DNA of 64,000 nucleotides from a virus: the IMG/VR virus record IMGVR_UViG_3300032241_002679, positions 77,844 through 141,843 of that record; one strand, 5' to 3'. The translations under genes and the position numbers were made by a program. The notes beneath the pieces were generated by a model that saw nothing but the letters and a program-made list of their open reading frames with translations, was not told the origin of the DNA and ran no database searches. Shown here piece by piece: positions 20,601 through 29,733 of the stretch (within the stretch, counting starts at the first letter, position 1; every line of letters starts with the position of its first letter).

Positions 20601-20771
20601 AAAACGTTCTTTTTCGTATGAAAAAATAATTTCTTTTTGTCTTGGAAATAGTTTAAAAGGTACAAATCCTTCTTGTGTTTTGTCAAATGTCTCTAAATAA
20701 GTCTCAATTGCATAAATTGGACTGGATAAACATTTGGCGTATTCTCTTATTATTTCCTCTCTAGTGAGCAT
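17679..20771 (-). CDS. gp17: Terminase large subunit (T4 gp17-like) with intein
   Basis: KPRQAGVST Walker A, LVMDEAA Walker B, ISTPNG motif III, GVDVSRGDGEDSS and HDDL nuclease motifs. Confidence 0.96.
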   Translation of the reverse strand: MLTREEIIREYAKCLSSPIYAIETYLETFDKTQEGFVPFKLFPRQKEIIFSYEKERFNLITKPRQAGVSTTTAAYLAIKAAFADDENPEAVLIIANKQELAFEFLAKIKDFVSQLPRWVWGPEYYGNSRNEEKTIFITDSKKEIRLPNGSRIKAVATSKDALRGFTPTYLVMDEAAYIDNGAIVFGAALTALGCLTKESLILTKEGLIELDELVKEKKQIGFTTLETPHKVCDMYGKLTDVTQTFVSEYGETYKIKTKLGLELEGSWKHPIYISDNEINKWVRFNELKVGDMPIVQYNQNYFGDFLYDFDYKPTINEKEINIPTNLNNNLDFAYLLGLFVAEGNFQKGGIVITNGDKKIQDFLINDGSKLGRGFKKSREYHYYLSSKKLVAWLEYYGFKKHNARDKTIPSCILKSSKNVIKSFLQGLFDGDGCSTVKEVKYSTTSHDLAKKLQILLLNFGIISRIKKENQKTSQSSIILNKEHITEIYNLYIYSNNAIKFYDEIGFRLERKQEKKKFLINKIKNKRFVFVKKREIETVLSDNKIPKYKVRFLERFWNSKYSRLTYNAIDKLNEKIKHPILDNINRKVEINKNFYVDEIIEISKSENYTYDLHVPETNSFISNGIISHNTGGKATLISTPNGMDKLYYETYAQSKAKKNNFNIIEMKWYEDLRYNKDLKWIKGDEIIEEFEFTFESYNNKILNGYKPTSSWYEEMCRGMNNDAKMIAQELDVSFIGSGGNVISEEIIEEQKKFNVEDPLFIDGSENEIWIWKKPEEGHQYIMGVDVSRGDGEDSSTIVILDFTTMEQVMEYQGKIQPDLLAQLVEEYGELYKAYTIVDITGGMGVSTVLKLLEFDYKRLHYDTPNGKILSSKQKQMETFKKDNKVPGLQVSSIRLQMISNFEEKVRNNLVKIKSIRMISEMKTFVFKNGRPDHMDGYHDDLIFAMAMCLWVLEHSFKNLERLEKQTKAMLSSWISPNSPNEIINDRMKGHGFVSNNNRYKKQTERPNFSPIVAKNMQDPTGQYMWLFSGAR
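18888..20192 (-). mobile_element. Intein, 435 aa, LAGLIDADG type, in terminase
   Basis: ALG/CLTKESLI...LLGLFVAEG...FLQGLFDGDG...TYDLHV..ISHN/T. Confidence 0.93.
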
Positions 20772-20822
20772 ATTTTTTTCTTTATAAATATGCTGTGAGC
20801 GAATTAAAACCTATTTTAATGT

Positions 20823-21839
20823 TTATTTAAAGTAATCACACCAAATATTCTTAGCTTGATCAGAAATATTAATAAGATTTTTTTTGTTTAATTTTTGTAA
20901 ATTAGTTATTTTAAAATAATTTGCAAATCTTAATTTATCCATAATATCATTGCTATCTGTTGCATCCGCTTTATAAAAATAATTTAACCAAGATATCTCT
21001 TTTGAGCCAATAACTGGAATATTTTGATTTACAAAATCTGCTGCTACAATATTAAATGTTTCATTAAAAGACACTTGTAAACCTAAATCCATTTGACGAA
21101 TAAGTAATATAAATTCATCATGATTTAACCAAGAATGCTCTATTAATTTATGTACTTTTTGATTTTCAAATAAAGCTTTTATGTTAATTAAAACTGAGTC
21201 ACCTCTTTCAATTCTACTAGAATTTATATGAAAATGAATTTCTTTATTAATTTTATTACCAAAATCTATAGCAGCTATAGCTTGAATTAATTGGTTTTTC
21301 ATTGGTCTAATAGCACCAAAACATCCAATGTCAATATGATTTTTTTCATTAAAAGAATAGCAATTTTTTTTATCAACTGGATAATAATTAGGCATATAAA
21401 CTACATGGTTAATTCCAATTTTATTCAAGTCATCTAACATTTTTTCTGAATTAACAGCAATCTTTATTTTATTGTAAGCCATTGAATTATATTTAAATAA
21501 CCAATCAATTGCAATACTCTCATTTGAAATAAATGGAATTTCGGAATGAAGTCTTATATACCATTTGACATTTGGGTGTAATGTATGTAGTATATCAAAT
21601 TTTTCAGGAACAACCCAAAGTGCCTCAATAATTACATCTGTCGGTTTATAATTATATACTTCCCTATCAATATCATTATTGTCATTAACTTGCACTAATT
21701 TAGATTCAATACCATTTTGATTTAACATATCATTGACAAATAATGCGCTATTATATAGTCCTGAAGAAAATACTTCTTCATTCGGCATATCATATACTCT
21801 TCTTTTTTTAAGTATAAATAAAATTTTATGTTCAGACAT
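20823..21839 (-). CDS. GT-B (GT4-like) glycosyltransferase
   Basis: FGAIRPMKNQ and QVSFNETFNIVAADF..IPVIGS donor-binding motifs. Confidence 0.75.
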   Translation of the reverse strand: MSEHKILFILKKRRVYDMPNEEVFSSGLYNSALFVNDMLNQNGIESKLVQVNDNNDIDREVYNYKPTDVIIEALWVVPEKFDILHTLHPNVKWYIRLHSEIPFISNESIAIDWLFKYNSMAYNKIKIAVNSEKMLDDLNKIGINHVVYMPNYYPVDKKNCYSFNEKNHIDIGCFGAIRPMKNQLIQAIAAIDFGNKINKEIHFHINSSRIERGDSVLINIKALFENQKVHKLIEHSWLNHDEFILLIRQMDLGLQVSFNETFNIVAADFVNQNIPVIGSKEISWLNYFYKADATDSNDIMDKLRFANYFKITNLQKLNKKNLINISDQAKNIWCDYFK

Positions 21840-21901
21840 AATGTAGTTTTTAAATAAATATAATGTCTAAACATAATTGTAATTAATAATTGGTTAATAA
21901 T

Positions 21902-21929
21902 AAAAAAAACCACTCATCTGAGTGGTTTT
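21902..21929 (-). terminator. Intrinsic terminator
   Basis: aaaaccactca-tc-tgagtggtttt with A tract. Confidence 0.7.
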
Positions 21930-21955
21930 ATATTTAAAAATAATTTATATTTTAA

Positions 21956-23146
21956 TTATAGAAATTCTTCTGAATCTTCTATGTTATCATTAGTTTCATT
22001 CATAGCATTATTAAATTCTTCATTCTGAATATCACGATTGACATCTTGAATAATTTCCTTCACAATATTTTTACCCTTTTTAGTACCAGCCATAATTTCT
22101 TTCATCTGACGATGAAATTCTTTAGCTGGCAATTTTGCTAATTCTGAATATACATGATGTTTAAGAGGAAAATCATCTGGATCAAAAGCATCTGTAAATT
22201 TACCCCAAATAGCTGGACCAAGTCTCATATCCCATGGCTCAGCAGCTAAAAAATCAGCCTTATTTGTTATATAATTAGCTAATTTTGGATCTTGTGGTAA
22301 ACCATGCGCTGATAATAATTCCATTACTCCTTTAACTATTTCATGTATTAACACTGGAAATACCATGGCTTGTGCATGTATAACAGCCTTTGGATTTTTT
22401 TTATTTGGATATTCAACCTTTACTACACCACCAGTAATACCATTATCTATTTTTGGAATGACATAATACATATAATCAGCAGCTGACATCATTTTATTAT
22501 ATCTATTAGGCAAACGAGGATCTAAATTTAACAATTCTTCATCAACCATATGAAACATATGATTACACTTTTTCGCAGCACCCTGTGTCATTGCATTTAG
22601 GAATCTTCTTTTATATACTTCTTCATTAGCGTTTGATATATCATCATGGCTATTAAATTCCATATTATCAACTTGTACTGGTCTTGGATTCTTTTTAGCG
22701 CCTTCAAGACTAATTTTAGGCGTTAATTCAGCTATAATTTCTACGACATCCTCACTCATATCATATTCTTCTCTTACCATCTTAATAGCTAATTCTTCTA
22801 AAGCTTTTTTATGTTTTTCTTCAGCCGCCATTGTTTCATATACTAATGGCATCATTTCTGAAACCAATTTTTGATTATCAATTTTATCAACATCAAAAGC
22901 TCTTTTATATCTATTTGCTACTTCACTAAAACGCTGGCCCATAATCTTTTCTTCAAAAGAACATTCATCACCCTCAGGTATAGCTGGATGTTTACCCAAA
23001 GAATGCGTTTGATTTTTTAAATCTTCTTCTAAAGCTGGATGCATCCTTTCACTTATATTTTCTGGATATAAAACATTTTCTTTCAATATTCTTTTAATAT
23101 TGACTTTGTTTAATGCTTTTTCCGCTAATTTTTTATAATCACTCAT
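21956..23146 (-). CDS. Probable virion (head) protein
   Basis: 396 aa; IKRILKE leader-like motif; last gene of the late operon starting at 29355. Confidence 0.55.
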   Translation of the reverse strand: MSDYKKLAEKALNKVNIKRILKENVLYPENISERMHPALEEDLKNQTHSLGKHPAIPEGDECSFEEKIMGQRFSEVANRYKRAFDVDKIDNQKLVSEMMPLVYETMAAEEKHKKALEELAIKMVREEYDMSEDVVEIIAELTPKISLEGAKKNPRPVQVDNMEFNSHDDISNANEEVYKRRFLNAMTQGAAKKCNHMFHMVDEELLNLDPRLPNRYNKMMSAADYMYYVIPKIDNGITGGVVKVEYPNKKNPKAVIHAQAMVFPVLIHEIVKGVMELLSAHGLPQDPKLANYITNKADFLAAEPWDMRLGPAIWGKFTDAFDPDDFPLKHHVYSELAKLPAKEFHRQMKEIMAGTKKGKNIVKEIIQDVNRDIQNEEFNNAMNETNDNIEDSEEFL

Positions 23147-23147
23147 A

Positions 23148-24227
23148 TTATTTTATGTCTTTTTTCTTAATTTTTTTTATAATACGAACATTTTCAGTCA
23201 CTGGAGCTGCTGGAGCTGGTGTAGTAGCTGGGGCCGTATTAGTTGGTGTAGCTGGTTTACTAGTTGGTTGTTTAGCTAAACCTCTAACTGTATTTATAAT
23301 ATCATTTAGTTTATCAGCAGGAACACCAACTTTTTTAATAAAATCAATAATGGCAAATTTTTGAGCATTAGGATTTTGTTTTATATTGTCAAATGTATTA
23401 GAGGGTAATGCTCTATCTATTAACCCCATCATATGTGTTACAGCTGAAGGTTCACTAGTTTGAGTAGTAGCCGCTGGTGCTGGTGCTGCTGGTGCTTCTT
23501 TTATATTTCTTTTACCGAATAAAGACTCATCAAGATATTTTTTGAATTCTTTTATGCCCATATATTTTTCATTCCCATCCATTTTAGCTTTTGCTAATTC
23601 TTCTATTGATTTAAATTTTTTTATTTTACCACTATTTAAATTTACAATAAAATGTTTACAACCCTTAAAAAATTCTGCCTTATTAATATCTTCTTTATCT
23701 TTATTTTCTTCCTTTTCTTCTTTATTTTTTTCTTTGGTTTCTTCTTTTTTAGATTTCTCTTCTTTTTCTGATTCTTCAATAGCTTTTTTAGCTACGTTTT
23801 CTTCAAATTCTTTTAAATCATAAATTATATTTTTACCATTTTCATCTCTCTCATCTAAAGAATAAACAGCGGTTACTTTTTTTCTTTCTGGTGTAATCGC
23901 CCTACATATTTGATATTGTTTACCATTAATAGTAAATGGCTGTGATATTTTATTAGTTTTTGCATCTTTAACCTCAGAAAGATACGTAAAATTAGATGGT
24001 TTTAAAACGCTTTTTAAATCTGTCTTAATTTCTTTTTCCTCTTTTTGTACCATAATTTGAGCATCTGTGCCTTTTAATTTGGCTGCAGTGTCTTTTAATT
24101 TATTTTGTGGTACAACAACAGTTGGATGTTTACCAGAAGAACCAGTAGTAGTGGTATTTGATGTATCATAACTAGTGATACCTTGACTTAACGCACCTTC
24201 TTTAATTTTATTTTTCTTGTTTTTCAT
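23148..24227 (-). CDS. Modular probable internal head protein
   Basis: Several [ILV]xE sites followed by Pro/Ala linkers. Confidence 0.5.
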   Translation of the reverse strand: MKNKKNKIKEGALSQGITSYDTSNTTTTGSSGKHPTVVVPQNKLKDTAAKLKGTDAQIMVQKEEKEIKTDLKSVLKPSNFTYLSEVKDAKTNKISQPFTINGKQYQICRAITPERKKVTAVYSLDERDENGKNIIYDLKEFEENVAKKAIEESEKEEKSKKEETKEKNKEEKEENKDKEDINKAEFFKGCKHFIVNLNSGKIKKFKSIEELAKAKMDGNEKYMGIKEFKKYLDESLFGKRNIKEAPAAPAPAATTQTSEPSAVTHMMGLIDRALPSNTFDNIKQNPNAQKFAIIDFIKKVGVPADKLNDIINTVRGLAKQPTSKPATPTNTAPATTPAPAAPVTENVRIIKKIKKKDIK

Positions 24228-24606
24228 TTTCTAATACTAAATCTTTTTCATACAGCTTATTTTGAACTTCTTCCAATGTCTCACCAAACTTAAAACATAG
24301 CCTATGTTCAGGATATGATTCATAGCTATCAGTATTTTCCCATGCTAAAGCAATCACTCCGTCTAATGCATCCCATACAGCAAACGTATCACTATTTTGA
24401 ACTACATCTAACTTTATTTCCGATTTTAATACTAAAGCTTTTTTAATAAATATATCATGTGGTGGTTCAGGACGAGTAGATGCTGGGAATGAATCCCAGT
24501 TTTCGCCATCAATATTTTTTGTTGTATCAGAAAAAAGAAATTCATAAATAAAATTTCCTTTATAATCTTTACCGACATAATTTACATATATTAAATATAG
24601 TTTCAT
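24208..24606 (-). CDS. Hypothetical protein
   Basis: 132-aa ORF with coupled overlaps on both sides. Confidence 0.6.
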   Translation of the reverse strand: MKLYLIYVNYVGKDYKGNFIYEFLFSDTTKNIDGENWDSFPASTRPEPPHDIFIKKALVLKSEIKLDVVQNSDTFAVWDALDGVIALAWENTDSYESYPEHRLCFKFGETLEEVQNKLYEKDLVLENEKQEK

Positions 24607-25124
24607 TACTTTTTAGCTTTAGGATCTGTTTTTATGCCTGGTGTTACGTTAGGTAAAAATGGTTTATCTTTTCTACTTGGTTCTTTTACAGGCTTTATGA
24701 AAGGCTCATTTGGGCTTTTCTTTGGTTTTACTTCTGGTTTTACCTCTGGTGTCATATTTTTTTGTTCAAATATACTATTTTTTTTTGAATTGTCAAAATT
24801 TTTACTTTCACCCATCATACCACCAATTCCGATTGAATCAATTTTTGGTGATGAATTTTGAACTAAATTTTCATGTCCTGTTCTATCCATTTGAGCTTCT
24901 AAAAAATGGCATACTTGGTCTATATCATCTTTTGCAATAGCAATATGATCTAACGCCCAATTACTATCAATTAATATTTCATCCAATTTATTTTGATCCA
25001 TTTGCATAATTTTAGCAGTAGCCTCATAAATTGTTTTTATATTATTAAAAAACATATAATTCTGTGGCCCATCTTCGTGGGTTTCAACCATTTCATGTAA
25101 TTTTTTCTTAATTATATTTTTCAT
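24606..25124 (-). CDS. Probable internal head protein (paralog of the next gene)
   Basis: MKNIIKKKLHE leader; QNYMFF..WALDHIA..IDQV.HFL module. Confidence 0.6.
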   Translation of the reverse strand: MKNIIKKKLHEMVETHEDGPQNYMFFNNIKTIYEATAKIMQMDQNKLDEILIDSNWALDHIAIAKDDIDQVCHFLEAQMDRTGHENLVQNSSPKIDSIGIGGMMGESKNFDNSKKNSIFEQKNMTPEVKPEVKPKKSPNEPFIKPVKEPSRKDKPFLPNVTPGIKTDPKAKK

Positions 25125-25129
25125 ATTTT

Positions 25130-25729
25130 TTAAACTATTTTAGATACAGGTTTACTTGACCACATTCTACATGACCAATATTTTGGTGTAGTACGATCTT
25201 TAGCCTGTGAACATTTATGTCTGGCTCTGAATGATTTTCTTCTTTCTGGATTATCTCTTTTAATTTCCATATTAGGATCGCCAAAATTTACTTTAACCAC
25301 ATTACCCTTTTTATTTTTAACATATACTTTAAACTTTTTAACATCACCCTTTGTTGGTTTACCCAATTTAACAGATTTACCCTTATATTCAGCTTCATTC
25401 ATTACAGATTCGACACTTCCATATTCATCCTCATAACCACCCTCTGTATTACCAATTTCTGGGGATAATTCTTCAACATCATCATAGCCTACATTCGCAT
25501 CTAAGAAATGATGTACTTGATCTATATTTTCTTTTGCTGATGCAATATGGTCAAGTGCCCAATTATGTCCATCTGATATTAATCTATCAACTTCAGATGG
25601 TTCTAATTTTAGAATTTCGTCAACAATTTCTTTAATTGTTTTTAAATCATTAAAGAACATATAATTTTGTTGTTCATGAGAATGTTCATTAATCATTTCG
25701 TGTAATTTTTTTGTGATTAAGTCTTTCAT
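25130..25729 (-). CDS. Probable internal head protein with basic C-terminal domain
   Basis: MKDLITKKLHE leader; VMNE/AEYKGKSVKLGKP..FKVYVKN..RRKSFRARHKC..YWSC domain. Confidence 0.65.
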   Translation of the reverse strand: MKDLITKKLHEMINEHSHEQQNYMFFNDLKTIKEIVDEILKLEPSEVDRLISDGHNWALDHIASAKENIDQVHHFLDANVGYDDVEELSPEIGNTEGGYEDEYGSVESVMNEAEYKGKSVKLGKPTKGDVKKFKVYVKNKKGNVVKVNFGDPNMEIKRDNPERRKSFRARHKCSQAKDRTTPKYWSCRMWSSKPVSKIV

Positions 25730-27249
25730 ATTCCTTTTTGTTTTATTTGTTTAAGAATGTTATAAATTTTTTTTAAATTTGGTAATGTTACAATATGATA
25801 AGCATTTAATTCTTTTAAACTAAAATTGGTGTTATCGTCATTTAATTTCGACCATATATCATACATTGTTTTAAACTGTGGATTTTTTTTAACGAAATCT
25901 TCAAATTTATCCACAGTAATATATCTAACGCCAGAAGGGGTAATTTTATCATGATCAATATTTCCTTCTTTATCCATTATATTTTCAGCTTCTTCATAAG
26001 CACGTTGAAGTTCTTCTAGTGTTTGTGTATTGTAAAATCCCATAATTTTATTATAAAGAAATTTAGACGGCTGAAAAGTAATTTCTTCTTGAAAAACTGG
26101 CAAAATAAGTTCTTCAAATTTTTCAAGTTTTAATTCTGCTAATTGCTTTCTTTTCAATTGCACCATATCTTCCGCTAAGGCTAAAATTGTTTTATCCAAA
26201 TTTTTTTTGAAGCTAATTTCATCCATTTTATCAACCCAATCAAGGAAAGCTTCGTTGTTGTGTTCCTCACCAGACTTTCTAAATTTATCTTGTTCCCTAT
26301 TCCAATCAAATTTATGTTCAAAAATATGTCCATAATTGTATTTAAAATTTTTCCATAAATCTTTTGGGAAAAAAGTAGAATAAATTATGCCTTCTCTAAA
26401 CTCGCCTTTGTCATTTACATGAAAAGCCTCATGTAATTTTTTTGCTATAAATTTTTTTATTTCTTTGTTCTCATTAGAACTTTTTTTCCCCCAACTTTTT
26501 CCCCTACCCTTTGTACCACAAGATGCTGGCGTAGGTCTACAAGCTGGATATTTTCTTTTTTCACCTTCTTGTCTACCACATGGCTTGCATTTTTTTCTTC
26601 CAGTTTTTGGATCTTTTTTGCATGTATTGCAATCCACCCAACCACTTGAACCACTGCCACCACGTCTAGCAAACCAACCATGTAATCCTTGTTTTTTTTC
26701 TTTCGAAAAATCAGTTTTTTTTGCTTCGTCTAATGGATTTTGTATGTTTACCCTTATTTTTTCAAAAAAATCTTCGATTTCAAAAAACTTTCCATTAATT
26801 TCATTAATTACATCATTTAATTGTTTATTTGTTAAATGGTTTTGTTTTGAAATTATTTCTTTATTATAATTATATTTATTATTTGCCATACTTTCAACAA
26901 TTTTTAGAGCTAATTTAGTTGCAGTATCTGTTTCTTTACTTGGAATTTGTATAAGTTTGAAATCTAGATTAAAATAAAAAAAATAATTTTCTCTTATTTT
27001 ATTTATAAGATAGGTAAATTCTATTACAGTATTTAAAATATCAAACGTTATTTTTTCATCATTAAAATAGTATTTAATGTTTTTATTGTAAGTTACATTT
27101 TGAAAAAAAACTTTGTTTTCACCTGAAGAATCTTTGAATTTTTTTAAAAATGGAATTCTCTTGATAAAAGTCTCAGGACTAATATCAATTTTTTGCAAAT
27201 CTTCATTTAAACTATGTTTTTGCATTTTTAACTTTGGGGGTTTTAACAT
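25726..27249 (-). CDS. Multi-module probable internal head polyprotein
   Basis: Modules separated by SLNE, PLDE and KKLHE; Cys-rich basic middle module; N-terminal module paralogous to 57715-58190. True start may be MQKHSLNE. Confidence 0.6.
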   Translation of the reverse strand: MLKPPKLKMQKHSLNEDLQKIDISPETFIKRIPFLKKFKDSSGENKVFFQNVTYNKNIKYYFNDEKITFDILNTVIEFTYLINKIRENYFFYFNLDFKLIQIPSKETDTATKLALKIVESMANNKYNYNKEIISKQNHLTNKQLNDVINEINGKFFEIEDFFEKIRVNIQNPLDEAKKTDFSKEKKQGLHGWFARRGGSGSSGWVDCNTCKKDPKTGRKKCKPCGRQEGEKRKYPACRPTPASCGTKGRGKSWGKKSSNENKEIKKFIAKKLHEAFHVNDKGEFREGIIYSTFFPKDLWKNFKYNYGHIFEHKFDWNREQDKFRKSGEEHNNEAFLDWVDKMDEISFKKNLDKTILALAEDMVQLKRKQLAELKLEKFEELILPVFQEEITFQPSKFLYNKIMGFYNTQTLEELQRAYEEAENIMDKEGNIDHDKITPSGVRYITVDKFEDFVKKNPQFKTMYDIWSKLNDDNTNFSLKELNAYHIVTLPNLKKIYNILKQIKQKGI

Positions 27250-27289
27250 TGAAATAATTTACATTTTTAGGTTCACCATTCTCTTATAG

Positions 27290-28302
27290 TTAGATTGCAT
27301 TTTCATCAACTCCTTTCCAAATTTTTCCTTGTCTGCATTTTACAACAGCACCACTAGCATAGGCTGAAGGCCATACATCATATTTTCTTTTAGCTATTCT
27401 TGTGCATCTATCATCCTTTTCATCTAATATATCATTGGAACCTTCTTGAAACATATTATTTTTTTTCGGATTTTCTAGAAATATATCTGTTTCTTTAATA
27501 TCTATTACTTTTGAATCAGATTCAATGTCTGGAATTACAATACCATTTTTTTCTAATTTTTTAAAAAAATTTTCTAAATCTTCTTCATTTACATAATCCT
27601 CTAAACATTCAAGAAAATATTTTCTATTTTCTGCTAAATCTTTTTCATCTACGGAATCGCTTTCATCTTCATATGTTACGAATCTAACTAATTGTTTTTT
27701 AGCTTCGCCACCATTATCATACATTTTAATTAATATTTTAGCATCCCTCTTTTTTAGAGACATTTCATTTAATGTTTGATCGGTAGTTTCATCTGAGGGT
27801 TCTTCATTATCACCATCTGGAATATTTGTAGTTTCTGTATCCCCATCATTATTCATATCATCATTATTACCATCCTTACCAGAAGATTTTATTTTTTTAA
27901 TAATATCTTTTTGATCTTTTGGATTCATTTCAGATGCATGGGTCGCTGAAATAACAGAATTAATAGCAAATTTTTCCAATTTAAAATCAGGTTGGCCCTG
28001 TTCATCAGAATATTTTCTTAATGATTGGCCTAATTTACCAGATAATTGCTCAATAAATTTTTTGGGATCACTTTCTTCATCAGCCTCTACACCAGCATCA
28101 AACGGTTCTTTTTCAAAAGGAGATTTATTTCCTGTGTCCTGTGTATTTTGGGAATCAACTCCGAAATCAATATCATCAGATGGTTCTTGTGGAGCTGGTT
28201 TCTCAGTGGCTTGTGGTTCTGGAGCTGGAGCTGGGGCAGGTTTGCTGCCCAGCTTCAACTTATATTTTGCTTCGTCTATCTTATCGAATAGACTTTTTTT
28301 TT
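27290..28302 (-). CDS. C-terminal extension reached by -1 slippage from the 28276-29355 gene
   Basis: No nearby ATG; the frame opens exactly at the A9 run and reads KSLFDKIDEAKYKLKLG; ends with a YDVWPSAYASGAVVKCR module. Confidence 0.65.
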
Positions 28303-29355
28303 AGAAGGAGCAAATTCTTCAATAATATTGTCCATTTCGTTTAATGATTTGGCAATACTTAATTTTCCTTTTTTTATTTGTTTAATTGGTTTTTTATCTT
28401 CCTCATACATATTTTGTACGGCTTGTTGAATTTCATCTAATTCTTCATCCATATTAAATTTATGCATATCAGTTGATATACCCCAACCTTCTTCTTGCAT
28501 CTTATCAGCACCTCTTGGAATTTCTTTAGAATCTTTATAACCAATAAGAGCGCCATCTTTATTAACTTTAAACCCATTAATTGCGTCATAAGTACCTATA
28601 ATTCTACCATTTGAAAGGTTTTTTACTTTATGAATCTCAGGAGTGAATGATTCATCAGCTTGATCACCAGCATGTTTTCCGCCTAAAGATGGTTCATTAT
28701 CAATTAATTCTTCTGGCATATAATCTTCATTCTTTTCAAAATTTTCTGGATCTCTATCTTGTGCATTAGCTGTTGCGTAATATACACCAATACCTTTTTT
28801 ATCACCATATTGGTCTTTCATTCTCTTCATAACTTCTTTGTTATATTCGTCCAGAGTCATACCACATTCGCTACACATTCCTTCATACATTGGAGCCCCA
28901 CAGCATTCACTCATAGGATGTTCTTCCATATTTCCCTCAGCAGCGAAGCCACTATTCATACTATCAAAACCAGCAATATCTTCTTTTAAAAGATTATCGT
29001 TTTTTAAAATATCTATATCACCAGTAATATTATAATTTTCATATAGACTATTAAATTTAAGATTTAATTGTTTTGTTGCTTTGGCATATGAGGAATAGGC
29101 GAAGTCTTTTTTATTTTTTAAACCACCAATATATGAAAAATCTTCAATAACTAAGTTTTTTTTGTTATCAGCTATTTTAATATAATATTCATGATTTTCT
29201 CTTACAATGCCATATACTTTACCATCAGGTCCAAGTTTAGTTAATTCAACAACACTAGTCTTTTTATTTTCAACTATGGGTTGAATACCCATAAGTTCTT
29301 TCATACGTTCTGTTATTTGATTTCCCTTTAATCCGATTGGGTTTATTTTATCCAT
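28276..29355 (-). CDS. Probable head protein, first gene of a late operon
   Basis: ATATTTAT upstream; RMKELMG, IVE and LKE sites; ends TCT AAA AAA AAA GTC TAT TCG ATA AGA TAG. Confidence 0.65.
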   Translation of the reverse strand: MDKINPIGLKGNQITERMKELMGIQPIVENKKTSVVELTKLGPDGKVYGIVRENHEYYIKIADNKKNLVIEDFSYIGGLKNKKDFAYSSYAKATKQLNLKFNSLYENYNITGDIDILKNDNLLKEDIAGFDSMNSGFAAEGNMEEHPMSECCGAPMYEGMCSECGMTLDEYNKEVMKRMKDQYGDKKGIGVYYATANAQDRDPENFEKNEDYMPEELIDNEPSLGGKHAGDQADESFTPEIHKVKNLSNGRIIGTYDAINGFKVNKDGALIGYKDSKEIPRGADKMQEEGWGISTDMHKFNMDEELDEIQQAVQNMYEEDKKPIKQIKKGKLSIAKSLNEMDNIIEEFAPSKKKVYSIR

Positions 29356-29398
29356 AATCTTTTATTTTAATATAAATATCTGTTTTTCTTATTAAAGT

Positions 29399-29644
29399 TT
29401 AGTAAACATATGGGCTTCCTGTTCTATTATCAATTGTTTCACCGAGTAAATAACACGCCCCTGTACCACCACTTATACTATTTATTTTAATTTTAATAGA
29501 TGAAGCTGGTGCCATATTTACAGTTACACCATTAATTACTACTGTAGTTGAAACACCACAATAAATTTCAGTATAACTATGTGCTGTAAAATTCGCTGAA
29601 TCTACTGGAACTATAAGCGAATGTATATCATTCATTAATGGCAT
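29399..29644 (-). CDS. Small beta-rich late protein
   Basis: 81 aa with ATATTTAT at 29660. Confidence 0.55.
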   Translation of the reverse strand: MPLMNDIHSLIVPVDSANFTAHSYTEIYCGVSTTVVINGVTVNMAPASSIKIKINSISGGTGACYLLGETIDNRTGSPYVY

Positions 29645-29678
29645 ATTCTAATTTTTATTATAAATATTCAATAAAAAT

Positions 29679-29706
29679 AAAAAAAGCATCTAAAAAGATG
29701 CTTTTT
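29679..29706 (-). terminator. Intrinsic terminator
   Basis: aaaaagcatct-aaaa-agatgcttttt. Confidence 0.7.
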
Positions 29707-29733
29707 GAAAAATAAGATGTTTATTTTTATAAG

